A DNA stretch of 64,000 nt from Eledone cirrhosa (taxonomy: Eukaryota). Below are positions 49,094-61,316 of the stretch, piece after piece. Where the stretch lies: the NCBI GenBank assembly GCA_964016885.1, contig OZ024743.1, forward strand, positions 230,516,001-230,580,000. The letters run 5' to 3'. Position 1 is the stretch's first letter. Each line of letters opens with the position of its first letter. The notes under the pieces are model-generated. The model saw nothing but the letters and a program-made list of their open reading frames with translations, was not told the origin of the DNA and did not search any database. A program made the translations under genes and the position numbers.

Positions 49094-52000
49094 TTACAGA
49101 TATATACTCAGAGTAGGCCCATTCACTCGGGCCATTCTTGCTTCTCTCACCCATCTTTCAACAAAATGCTGGGAAGAGAGCACTTCCCTCTCTACTCTGA
49201 TTTTCCTTTTCAAATGAAATTTGAAAAAGTCAATCAGAGCATCACAGAAAACGTAAGTGCTCGTCTTCAGCCCTTTCAAACGTGTCCACCATACTATCTC
49301 TTTCGCCATGGCCACCAGACAGATAAAAACTGCCTGCCCTTCCCGGCTAAAGGAAGATGGCGGGGCAATCCTCACGATGGATTCAGCTGATAGCTGGATC
49401 CGTCCTACACGCGACAGCAGGTGTTCGACATAAACCCACAAGTCAGCAATGCTCGGACACTGGAGGAGTGCGTGCGGGACGGTTTCGTCACCCTGCGCGC
49501 ATCTCGCACATGCCCGGCTGACGGCACCTCCATTCCTGTAGAGTTTATCCGAACTGGCAAAGCTCCTCGATAGCACTGCCAGGCCAGGGATTTCTGGAAG
49601 TTGTCCATAGACCCAGGCCCGAAAGTTCTTCCGAAGAGATTGGCTAGTTGATTTTCGGTGGAGTTTCCACGTTCACATTGCCCGATTGGTCGAGGGTTGT
49701 GATCGCCTGAAGACATTCCAGTCTACAAGCGCTCACTCTCGGTCTTCGCTTGACCCAGGACTGCAGCTCCGTCAAGGAGACGAGCTGGGGAAATATGCGT
49801 CTAGCAAATGGCGACCACACCTGATCACCGTCGAGGAAGAGGTGGAGATGTCGTAGCCTGAGCGCGTGCTGCGCATCATCAGCCAGGGCATACCCAGCCC
49901 TCCACGTAGCGGGTGTTGACAGCAGGTGGACCGCGTGACCATCGGAGCGCGTCCCTTCTACAAAAAGCGAAAGCGCAAACGCTCCAGCGCAGTCAGGCGG
50001 GGCTTAGGACAAGGTACGACGGTCAGGCGGTAGCAGATGACGGACGCGATATACGCTTAAGCCACCTCCGCACGACCTTTCACGGATAGCTTCCTCTCCG
50101 CCATTTCTGGGTGAGAGAAGCCACCCTGCTCGTCACCTCGTCCCAGTTTTTGTCCGTCTGGAGCTCCTTACCGAACCAGACCCCTAGCAACTTAACTGGT
50201 CCGTCCGTCCAGCGCCCGGCGACGCTGTTGGACGGCATGGACCTGCCTCTCCAGGTGCCGAGCTGCAGGCTCACTGACTTTTCCTGGTTGATCATTGCTC
50301 CTGTCACCGCTTCGTTTTCTCTTAGTCTAGTGCCGGTCACCTCGATGTGTTTGGCGTTCGACACCACTACGGGGACATTAACCGCATATGCTGACACGGA
50401 TCTTCCTTATCCTAGTTCGCGCGGGAGCCCCCTCAACGTCTCCAGTCTGTGCAGTAATGGTTCGAGAGTCAATACGTAGAGGGACGTGAATATATAAGAG
50501 GGACGAGAGGGGACATCCTTGGCGGACCGAGCGCATGATGTTGAACGGTTCCGAAAGGCGACTTTTCACTCTCACCACAGAGCAGATGTCGCTGTGCATG
50601 GCAGCGGTCCAGCCTCTGAAGACGGGCCCAAATCCAGCTGCCATCAGGACTGCCGCTAGGTAACGATGGTCGACCCTATCGAAAGTTTTCGACTGATCTA
50701 AATTGATCAAGGACCCACCCATGCCAGGTTCCCTAGTTACCCTCTCTACGATGTATCGCATGAGGTGGAGGTTGTTGTGGATGGATCTGTCGGGAATGGC
50801 GCATATCTGCGCCTCTCCCACCAGACCACCAACGACAAGCGCCACTTCTTTGCTGGCTCCTTGGCCAAAATCTTGAACTCTGTGTTTAGCAGAGTTATGG
50901 GCCTAAAATTATCTATATTATCCCCCTAGTTCGGATCCTTTCTCAACAGAGCCACAGCTCCTCGGCTCACAGAGCTGGGAATTCTCATGTTCTGTTGCCA
51001 GTTGCAGTAAACGTCCGCCAAGAGACCTCCGAACAAGTCTGTCATCTGTACGTAAAGTTCATACGTCAGACCATCCAAACCAGGCGATTTACCCCTTGTG
51101 CAGCCAGTCATTGCCTCCCTTACTTCAGCGGCTGTTATCGGCTTTTCGCAATGCTCCGCCTCAGTGGCCGAGAGCCGCGGCACTCCGTCGAGGTAGACAC
51201 TAAAGTCCATCCCTCGACCCGGCCCACCGCTGCCCCCGAACAGCTGAGCGAAGTGTCGCTGAAAAGATTCACACATTTGCCCAGGATCGAGTAGCATGCG
51301 CCCGTCGTGGTCCACCAAAGACCGGATCGTGGCTTTGTGCCACGACGCGCCTCCGCACTCGGGCCCTTTGAACGGCTTTCGTCCCCTCGTGTCTGAGAGC
51401 ACGCACCCTAGCTCTGACAACGCAGCCTTCGTTCTTTGCATTGAAGAATTTGTCAAGGGCCAATTTCACCGCAAGTACGTCGTTCGCGATGCTTTTGCTA
51501 AGCGCCTCGTCTAATTTTCTAACTAATTCTCCCCCTGCTCTATTTTTCTCTCTTGCTAAAGTCTTACTATACCTAATTGACTCTATTCTAATTGCTCTTT
51601 TCAGAGGAAACCACCACTTGTTGTTGACGATGGCCCCGTCAACGCCCGCTTAACTAGTTCACTAATCCGGTGTCTGTAGGTCTTGCGCGCTGTTAAGGAC
51701 GCGTTTAGCTTCCAGTAGCCTGGTCCTCGTCTATGAAGCATATCTAAGTTAAGCACACGGATCACGAATTTGTGGTCCGTGTAGCTGACTATCTTGAATT
51801 ATGGATAGCCTATGCTAGACCTATCTATTTCCCTACATATACTCTATCTTGATATGATCTGATGACACAACGCGATTTGTCCAAGTCCACATTGGCACTT
51901 TCGGGAAATCCAATCGGTACCTGTCAGACAGTTCAAAACGCCTGAGCAGGTTGGTGAGGCTCTTGCACCCTCCTCCCTTATCTGCTAATACCACACAGTC

Positions 52001-52450
52001 CCACCGTGCATCTAAGATCCCGTTCCAGTCGGCCACTAACACTAAAGAGCAGGACGTTCCAAGAAATGTCTCCAGAAGCCGGAAGAAATCAGGCCACCCT
52101 GCTACTGTCGGGGCATAGACGGCCACTAGCCTGAAAGCTTGCCCGTCTCCACTGGTCACGTCTAGCATCACCAACTTACTTTCTGAGTCCAGGAAGATGG
52201 CCCGGCCCATATGGCGAGATGCAAACCTCTCCGAAAAAGCACAGCAACTCCTCCCCCCGATCCCGGACGGCTGGGAGATGCCTACACATCGTAGCCGCCG
52301 AAGATCGGTGCGAATGCCCGTGCTTCGGACATTCTGGTCTCGCTGATGGCCACTACATCTATATTTAGTGAGGTCGTTGAGCAGGTGGCCCTGCTTCCAT
52401 GACGACCCCAAACCACGCGCATTTATGCTACCTATTCTGAGTGAGGTCAT
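49094..52450 (-). pseudogene. ORF2 of copy 6
   Basis: MTSLRIGSINARGL, VAVYAP, KSPGLDG, DQSKTFDRVDH, RQGCPLS, CARC..HALLQC. Confidence 0.93.
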
Positions 52451-52484
52451 GTTGAAATGGAGTGGAAAAGATGGGAAAGACCAC

Positions 52485-54409
52485 TTTCCTTACTTCTCGT
52501 AGAGGAAGGATGGTTTGTCCATCCTTTTCACAGCTTGTGGCCTCCTCCGGAAGGATGTCCTTATAAATCCACCTGGAGAGTGTTTGTCGGAAGTCTCCGA
52601 TATTTTTGGGGAATTTTTGTTTTAGTGTGATGCGAGTGATTTGTATGTGTTGAGGTGATGTGAACTTTTGGGTTGTTGTGTTGTCTTTTTCTGTGATGCT
52701 GGTGTCGTGTTGGATGTAGTGTAATGATTGGTTGTTGTTCAAATTTAATGCTGTGTAGTGTGTATCGTTTTGGTTGTTTTGTTTTGGTTGCGTTTGTTTT
52801 GGGTTTGTTTCTGTTACGCTTTTTGGTGACTTTTGTGGTGTTGGTGATGGTGGTGTTGGGTTTAATGATGATGATGGTTTTGGTGTTTGTGGTGATGGGT
52901 TTGGTGATGCTGGTGTGGATGGTGGCATATCTGTCCTAACTTTTTTGTTTGATAATTTATTTGTTTTCCTCTGTATTTTGTTTTTGGAGGGGTAGGGAAG
53001 AGAATTTTTTTCTTTTTTGGTTTCTTTTTTTCTTTTTTCCTGACACCGTTTCCCACTCCTCGTCGTCACAATCGGTCTCCAGTTGCGATAAGCCGGGGAG
53101 TGGAAAATCCTCCACAGGCGTTGGTTTTGGTTGTGGCGTGGTGGATGTTGTAGGCGCTGGTGCTAGTTCTGGCGCGTTGGGTGGTGGTGGTGTTGGTTTT
53201 GCTACTGTTGCTGCGGTTGTTATTGTTGCAGTTGCTCCTGTTGTTACTGCTACAGTTGTTGCTGCCATCTCTGCTGCTGGTGGTGTTGATGGTTGAGTCA
53301 CTGGGGTGAGTAGGAGAGGTGGCCTCAACCTTATAGCCTGAGGGCAGAAAGCCCTTAAGTGAGTTCCTTCACGACAAACGACACACATAGGCCTTCTGCC
53401 CTCAACGATTACGGTGAGGTGGCTGCCGTCAGTGAGGTCTGTTACCTCTGGGATCTCCTCAATGCTTTTATGGTCCGCTTGGATCAGGAGCTCCATCCCA
53501 GATCCGGACCAGTTCTCCTGCTTTTCTTTCGTTATTTCGATTATCTTGGTGTTGGCCTCGATGCCGCCGAGGACGGCAGCCATTAGCCATGGAATTTCGA
53601 TGGCCGGTGGAATGCGGGTCACCCTTATCTTCACGAGTCTCTGGCCACAATAGCTTGGGACGAGTGTGAAGTCGTCACTTCTTAATGGGGCCATGGAGTG
53701 TTCTCTGGCCTCCTGTGGTGTTTCAAAGAACACGTCCACGGTTCCATACTTCTGCCCACGTCTGATGTCTGTTTTTTTTGCCCACACATGTCCCAAAACT
53801 TTTTGGATTTAGGAATCGAATGCCCGTTCCCCCCGGCGCGATTTTATGTTAATTGTCCGATAAGACACGGTGCTTAGGCGACGATGCTCCATGTTATTAG
53901 GTGGGGGAGGGGATGACTTTATACCCATGTTTCTTTACCATTCTTTTGGCTTCTTCTAATTCCTCCTGAGTTAACTGGATCGCTTCGCACGTTTTTGCTA
54001 CTCTGGCAAAACTCAGGGTAGTTTTCTTAATTTGATTGTTGCTGTTGTTGTTATCGTTATTTTTGTTATTGTTAATTTTAGTTTCAGTTGTGGTGGTGGT
54101 GGTGTCAGTGGTGTTCGGTGTGGAAGAGTTCATTTTAGTTGAATTCATTTCGATATCACGAGTTAATTTATTTCTTTCTTTTGTTTCTGTTGTCGCTGTG
54201 GTGGTAGTTGGGGTGGCGGCTTTAACACCTGCAGTCATTGGTAATGGCGGGAAATGAATGTCTGCCTGAGACAAATTTAAAATATTGCTACTGCTTATAT
54301 TTTTAGTGTTGGCAAACGTAGTAATATTTACAATGGCGGAGTCGGTGTGAGGTGCGTAAGTTTTTGAGGAAGGTGTGACACTGAGTCGGCCATGATTTTT
54401 CAAAGACAT
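52485..54409 (-). pseudogene. ORF1 of copy 6
   Basis: ORFs 53897-54409 and 52957-53796; LSFARVAK, RRGQKYGTVDVFF, CVVCREGTHLRAFC, KQKFPKNIGDFR. Confidence 0.88.
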
Positions 54410-54829
54410 TTATTTTTTTTTTGATAATTATAAAAAGTTTAAATTGTGGGTTCAAGCCTCCAATCCTTTTGAGTGTCTTTTTCAGAAATCAATGTATGTG
54501 CACTTATATACAGTTAACAATAAAAATGTTCCATAAATGGCAATTTTAAACAACTGAAAATAACAAACCTTTGCGGAGCTCACGATGATACGATTTACTA
54601 CGTAGGTCGTCAATAATAATAATAATAATAATAATAAGGTTGATGATTAGGAGGAGGATGACATTGACGACTATATTAATGATTAGGATGATGATGGCAA
54701 CGATGATTATAATATTAAATGTCATAAATTGAGAAATATTCCAAAACTAAACAAGAACAAGAAATATATATATATATAAAGATAAATAGCAATATAAACC
54801 AACGAAAGAATTGGCGGAATCAATAACAC

Positions 54830-55470
54830 CAAAACAAACAACAACCATCACAACAACAAATATCACAACAACAAGGAAAACAATAACAACAATACAAACA
54901 TCAACCTAGTAAAATTTTCAGAAATGGCAACAACACCAACCTCAGTAAATACAATTACAACAATAAGGATGACAACAGCAGTAAAACAATTACAAAAACA
55001 ATAGCAGTAATATATAGAAAACAATAACAATAAAAACAGCAGCAGAAACATACGCAACAACCATAGTAAAAACAATTCTCACAACAGCAACAGCAACTAA
55101 TATTACACCAGAAAAAGTGAAAACAATTCCCAAAACAACGAAATCACCAGCAACATACACAACAACACCGACAGTAAAAGCCATCAAAACAACAAATATA
55201 TCTGCAGCAACAAGCAAAACAACTGCAGTAAGCCATTACAACATGAACAACAACAGCAGCAACAACCAAAACGACAATAATTACGACAATTGCAAAAGCA
55301 ACAGCAACACATATAACAACATTAGTAAAAACAATTATCACAACTACAACCACAACCTCACCAGCAGCCATACCTACAACAGCAACAACAACAGCAACAG
55401 CAGCAATAGCTACCATGACACCGACAACATCACTAGCAATTCATGTCAACAGCAACAACACTAACAATAA
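54830..55470. repeat. Degenerate (CAA/AAT/CAG)-rich low-complexity tract
   Basis: Base composition only; no recognisable domain. Confidence 0.7.
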
Positions 55471-56154
55471 TAACTAGAAGGACAACATTAATAATTTGTA
55501 CATATATCAGACACGATGCATTTTTCCATTTTTAAACAGATTTCTCGTAAATTGGCAATTTGTAGAGTGCACTGTAGCCTAATTAAGGTGAATTCTTATA
55601 GATTAACACACCAGCTCCGCCATCAATAGTCGTTAAAGGGAAGTTCACATCTCGCTGAGCATGCTGGGACATGTATAGTTTAAAGAAGTTACAAATCTCC
55701 ACTTCATCAAATTGTCATTCACATTAGGTGCCATACGATGACGTCGCTGACGAGAAAGGGGAGAAAGTAGCAAAAGTGAAAATTGAAGGGTTTGCTCTAT
55801 AAAAAGTAATGCGGAGAGAGAAAGCGACGAAGAGAGTTTGATAAGGGAGAGAGAACTAGAGGGGGGGGCGTGATCGATGAGAAGAAGAGATAGAATGCTA
55901 CTGTGGGTATGATAGAAATATAGGGATAAAACAGAGAATATGGTGCTGATAGGGGAAAATAGATGAGATAGAATAGATGGAAATGGAAAAGGTGTGAGGT
56001 TCGAAATTCTAGGAGAAGAAGGAGTTGGAGACTAGATGTCGGTAAAAGAAAACGAGATGACTAAGCCATAGAGTGAGAAGCTTCTTCAGTATGTCCTTCC
56101 TTTTCGAAGGCATTAAGATGGGATTTGTTGGAGATTTGGTGGCTATGAGGAAAC

Positions 56155-56430
56155 GAATTGGGTGAGTCGTTAAAGAATCGGATTAAATACCACGGAATTT
56201 ATTTCAGCTCTCTGCGCTCTCAGTTCAAATCCAACTGAAGTCAACATTACCTTTCATCCCTTCGGAGATATGTTGAATTAGCAGAATCGATAGAGATGTG
56301 GACAATCTGCTTACGTTATCTAGTTACGGTCCTTTACGTTATCAGTTCAAAACTCACTAACGTCAACTTTAGTTTCTTACATTCCTCCAGTATCAGCGAA
56401 CTAAAGTACCAGCCAGGTATTTAGGTTCAT
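56155..56430 (+). mobile_element. Two old, degenerate SINE fragments in tandem
   Basis: cagttcaaatcc..gtcaacattacctttcatcccttcgg, then tagcagaatcgatag..cagttcaaa..gtcaacttt..aaagtaccag. Confidence 0.55.
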
Positions 56431-57312
56431 ATAAACTTCTTACAATATTATGAATGAGAATTATAAGAAAAAAGACCATGACAAACAACACAACAAAAAA
56501 AGAGAGTACAGGAAATTATCGTGTTGTACTATGAGAAATGAAGTTGAAACAGATTGCGAAAGTAAAGAATTACTACAGAAATATAATGAATAAAGAAGGG
56601 TTAAAAGAAGAGATAAGATTTAGATATTAACATAAATATATATTTTTAATGGTGGCAAGGCGCAAAGATTGTAGATGTATACGATGCTGATGTAAATTTA
56701 AGATGCAGATATTAAGAATAAATATTTCTCAGAAAAAATCAAGGAAATAAAAAGAAAGGAAGCCTAGATAAAGTCGAAGGATAAAATGTAATTTATTGAT
56801 GAAAAGAAGGTGGAAAATAAGGTAAAACGAAAAAGTGTGAATGAATAGATAAAAAAAAGTAGATGAGAATGTAAGAAGACACTAAATTATAGATTAATAA
56901 AGTAAAAAGAAAGAACGTATATATCATCAAAGAAAAACAAATGAAAGATTGAAGAGAAGTAAGAATTGAAGGTGGAGTAAAATATGATTGAAAAAATAAA
57001 AGAAATATAATAACATAAAATATGAGACCGGAATACCCGAAGAAGCGACAATGTGAAGATAGGGCAGATAAGTTAAAAGCTCAAGTAGAATAGGATACAA
57101 AGTGCAAAATCAAAATATAAACAATTACTGGAAAAATATAGAAAGACAATATGAAAAGAGATATAGATTTGAAGAAAGTATAAAGCCGTTATTTACCATA
57201 TTTCTAATGAAATATTCAACAAATAAATTTAGTAAATTTTGAAAATAATCAAATATTTTGAGGGATGTAATAATATGACAAACTTTCTCATTATGAAGCT
57301 GGTATTTGGAAC

Positions 57313-57352
<40 letters not shown>

Positions 57353-57357
<5 letters not shown>

Positions 57358-57415
57358 GTCCCCAAAATGTATGCATACTTTGATTACCTGTATAGGCATT
57401 TTTGGGACACCCTCT
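57353..57415. mobile_element. Tiny Tc1/mariner-type MITE in TA context
   Basis: TIRs agggtgtccccaaaatg and catttttgggacaccct, with TA on both sides. Confidence 0.65.
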
Positions 57416-57890
57416 ATATATAATAGTGTGTGTGTGTGATTGTTTGTATGCATTCCTACATGCACACGCTCACACTCAAAACCAATATACAACAAACATC
57501 ATATACAATTCCTGTTTTATTCCCTGAAATTTTCTGAAATCAGATGAATAAAAAAAATATTATGCCTATGCTGTCGCAGCCAGATGGAGAGTTACGATGT
57601 TATTTTAGATAAATGGTACCTAAGGTATATTCACTTATTCGATCCAGATATATTTTCTTTAAAGCTTCACAATTATATGACTCTGAAAAGTTACATGGGG
57701 TGGAAAAGTGGATCCTACTGTTAGACTCTCAAGCAAAAGAAGCCCGGCGTAATTTTACGTACGTCATCACGTAGAAAATTAAGAAATGGGGAAATCGTTT
57801 AAATCATTGTAAATAATTATTCTTAATGACTCCCGGTCCACTTTCATTTTTTTTTCTATATATTTGTACCAGTGTAGAATATTCAAATGT

Positions 57891-57951
<61 letters not shown>

Positions 57952-58008
57952 TGGCTGCCAACTCGTTTTCGAGTACGGCCACTACTTTATATCCACGTAG
58001 GAGATATA

Positions 58009-58346
58009 CATACAATATATTAACAAATGGAAACTATATTTATAAAACCATATTTATTTTATTATACATATTTCAAGGACACCAAAGAAAATTATGGTGG
58101 GCTTTCATCACATAAAATATAATATAGATCACTTTTATAAACAAATATTGACATACCCTTAAAGAATGCGACCATGTCGGTTGGACGCATTCTTTAAGGG
58201 TATGTCAATATTTGTTTATAAAACTGATTTATATTATATTTTATGTGATGAAAGCCCACAATAATTTGCTTTGGTGTCCTTGAAATATGCATAATGAAAT
58301 AAATATGGTTTTCTAAATATAGTTTCCATTTGTTAATATATTGTAT
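58009..58346. repeat. Long inverted repeat, ~160-bp arms
   Basis: atacaatatattaacaaatggaaac..cccttaaagaatgcg pairs with cgcattctttaaggg..gtttccatttgttaatatattgtat. Confidence 0.92.
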
Positions 58347-58449
58347 TTTTTATCCAATAATGTGTTGAGTGCTCTATATCAGTTATAAAAATATTTGCTT
58401 GTTGTATCCCAACAAATTAATATAACGTCTACATATATATACATATATA

Positions 58450-58870
58450 TTTATTAAAATAACAGATTAAAGTTTAAGCAAAGAAGCGCTGCTTTCACCC
58501 TTAACGGGATCTCCTGAAACTAAAAAAGTCAATCTGTTAACGCAGAAGTAAATATTTCAAAAAGCGTTGCAACCGAAGGAAGACAGGAAAAAAACGTTTT
58601 TTTCCGTTCTTTGCCAGGGAATGTTTCAACGAACGAAATGATCGTCTTCCTGTCTTCCTTCAGTTGAAACGTTTTTGAAATATTTATTTCTGCGTTCACA
58701 GATTGCCTTTTCTTAATTTCAGAAGAACCCGTTCAGGGTGAAAGCAGTGATTTTTTGCTTAAACTTTAATCTGTTATTTTAATAAATTTTGCTCTACGGT
58801 TCATATATATCTGATATATATTTATCCTTATCGAGCCCTCTTTGGATTTTAGTCTTCAAATGTATTATGA
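58450..58870. repeat. Inverted-repeat form of the 70-332 family, ~140-bp arms
   Basis: tttattaaaataacagattaaag..gaaggaagacaggaa pairs with ttcctgtcttccttc..ctttaatctgttattttaataaa. Confidence 0.88.
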
Positions 58871-58896
58871 TTAATATATATACATATATATATATA

Positions 58897-59209
58897 TAAA
58901 CGGAAAAAATGAAACGAAATTTCATTTCTCACTCTTAGTACGTCTGTTACGTCAGCACCGTATACCTTCCTGCCAGATGATTGAACGGCAGAAAGTATGT
59001 ACTTTCCTTATGCATATTAACGGCTGAGCAGCCTAATTTGCATATTGAGTGAGTTAATAGGCCGGGTGCAGCGAAAACGATAAACGGAAAATAAGAAACG
59101 AAATTTCATTTCTCACTCTTAGTACGGCTGTTACTTAAATATAAGTATTTATACGTACATACATATATGTATACAGACGTACAGTAGTATGTATATATAT
59201 ACATACATG

Positions 59210-59258
<49 letters not shown>

Positions 59259-59762
59259 GTATGGATTTACCGAACATTTATTATAATGCTTGGTGTGTTT
59301 GTAAACAAACATCCCGATTTAAGCCGTACAGTGTTTAGGAACCATCGTTGCCCTTTTATTCAACACTGACAAAGGAACGATGTACTAGTTTCAAGCTTAT
59401 TAGCTATCGTCAACACCGTATACCTTCCTGCCATACTTATATTTAAGTAACAGCCGTACTAAAAGTGAGTAATGAAATTTCGTTTCATTTTTTCCAGTTA
59501 ATGTTTTCGGTGCGCCCGGCCGATTAACTCACTCGATATGCAAATTAGACTGCTCAGCCGTTAAGGAAAGTATATACTTTCAGACGTTCAATCATCTGGC
59601 AGGAAGGTATACATTGCTGACGATAGCTAATAAACTTGAAACTAGTACATCGTTCCATTGTCAGTGTTGAACAAAAGGGGCAACGATGGTTGCTAAACAC
59701 TGTACGGCTTAATTCGGGATGTTTGTTTACAAACACACCGAGCATTATAATAAATGTTGAAT
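58897..59762. mobile_element. Hammerhead-containing non-coding repeat, two units in inverted orientation
   Basis: Minus unit ~59432-58897 and plus unit ~59433-59762; both match 62790-63230. Confidence 0.8.
59611..59653 (+). ncRNA. Hammerhead motif with weakened stems
   Basis: acattg-CTGACGA-tagct(aata)aactt-GAAAC-ta-GTA^-catcgt; antisense copy at 59377-59419 has C3 changed to U. Confidence 0.6.
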
Positions 59763-60074
59763 ACGGGTATGTGGGTGGGGGTTAGTAATGGTAGTGCGGA
59801 TGTGGAGTGGGTTGTGTATAGGTATGTACGTAGGTGTGGGTGAGTGTATGTATGCTGGTGTGTTTTCGTGTGTGTGGTGAGGGGTGTTGGGTTGGGAGAT
59901 ATTAGGATTATTAGTGGGGCGGGGGGTCGGATGTAGATTTGTGGGTGGAAGTTAGTGGTGGCAGTAGGGTGTGTGAATAGTGTGAGTGTATATATGTACT
60001 GGTGTATGTGTGCGTGTTGAGGGTGTGGGAGCGTGTGTGATAGGGTGTGTTGTTAGTATTATTAGTTGTGGGGT

Positions 60075-60185
60075 GGTCCAAGGGGTTGGGGGTGGCTGGA
60101 TTGTCGAGGTAGTGTCGGAGGGCACGTAGGCCGTCGGAATGGGGGATGACGGTGTAAAGGGACTTAATGTCTAGGGTGAAGAGAG
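60075..60185 (-). pseudogene. Penelope-like RT fragment, not in the ORF track
   Basis: Translates to LFTLDIKSLYTVIPHSDGLRALRHYLDNP, the PLE RT D..SLYT.IP motif. Confidence 0.75.
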
Positions 60186-60581
60186 CAAATCAAAATTTAA
60201 AAAAACAGTCCACCTTAATACCTGCAATCACTTTCATGTCTTCGAAATGCACATAACATGATTATATAATATATATAATATATATCATAATCTATAAAGC
60301 TCAGTGTGTGGTCATGCTCCTTCGTTATAGAAATCTACGATATAGAATTCATTCAATTTAAATTTACAATTCAGCATTCGAAATAGCTTCGATTGCGTTT
60401 TGACGCAGATAATGTTTTCAATTTCACCCACAATTACGCAAAAAATAGATAAAACTGAATATTTTACGATTTTTCTCTCTCATTTAAACTGCTGAACCCT
60501 TTCTACTACCATTCAAAATCTATACAACTTCATATTTTCTGCTACTTTCTCTTTCCAAGCTTGATGGTGATACTGTCCGTT

Positions 60582-60895
60582 CACACCACTCCCTACTGTC
60601 TTAAATTTAGAAAACACATATCCTCTATGAGGTTACTAAACCTGCTAGAAACAGCAGCTAACTATCCCCCATATCACACCCCTCCTTACTGTCTTAAATT
60701 TAGAAAACATATCTTCTATGAGGTCACTAAACCTGCTAGAACCAGCAGCTAACTCTCCTCCATATCACACCACTCCCTACGGGCTTAAATTTAGAAAACA
60801 CATATCCTCTATGAGGTCACTAAACCTGCTAGAAACAACAGCTACCTCTCCCTCATATCACAACCCTCCCTACTGTCTTAAATTTAGAAAACACA
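60582..60895. repeat. Tandem repeat, ~92-bp unit, ~3.4 copies
   Basis: Unit cacaccactccctactgtcttaaatttagaaaacac..ctatgagg..aaacctgctagaa..cagc starts at 60582, 60675, 60766 and 60859. Confidence 0.92.
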
Positions 60896-61224
60896 AAGAC
60901 AATCATGCAGAACAACTCCATCGCAGCTCTGTTGTTCGGCTGGCATCGTCTACGCGCGTGTTGCGCAAGTAGACGAAAAACAATAAATGTCAACACTTTT
61001 TTGCACAGAGATAATATCCATAGGCGAAACTACAATTGTCACTGCTGGCGCAGCTCATGCTTCCAGGTCTGCAATTTATTCACCCAGTGCCTGGCAGACA
61101 AAAAAGTGCTGCCATAAAATGGGTGGTGCAACCTAACGTTGGTAACTTAATGGCTTTAATGCTAGTAATATATATAATATATATAATAACAGATAATATA
61201 TACATAAAGTCGTCTCTATTCCTC

Positions 61225-61311
<87 letters not shown>

Positions 61312-61316
<5 letters not shown>

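Larger units (their letters stand above)
48838..54611 (-). mobile_element. Tx1-group LINE copy 6, full length, chimeric (5'UTR/ORF1 like copy 1; ORF2 and 3'UTR like copies 4/5)
   Basis: 5' end follows (att)n 54612-54637; 3' end joins the 5' end of copy 5 through aatatt. Confidence 0.93.

Noticed and set aside
54863-55464. Mucin-like or ORF1-like CDS
   Set aside because: Degenerate CAA-rich repeat with stops in all frames over short distances and no conserved motif.
60582-60895. Possible CRISPR array
   Set aside because: The units are contiguous tandem copies without unique spacers; there are no cas genes and the context is eukaryotic.
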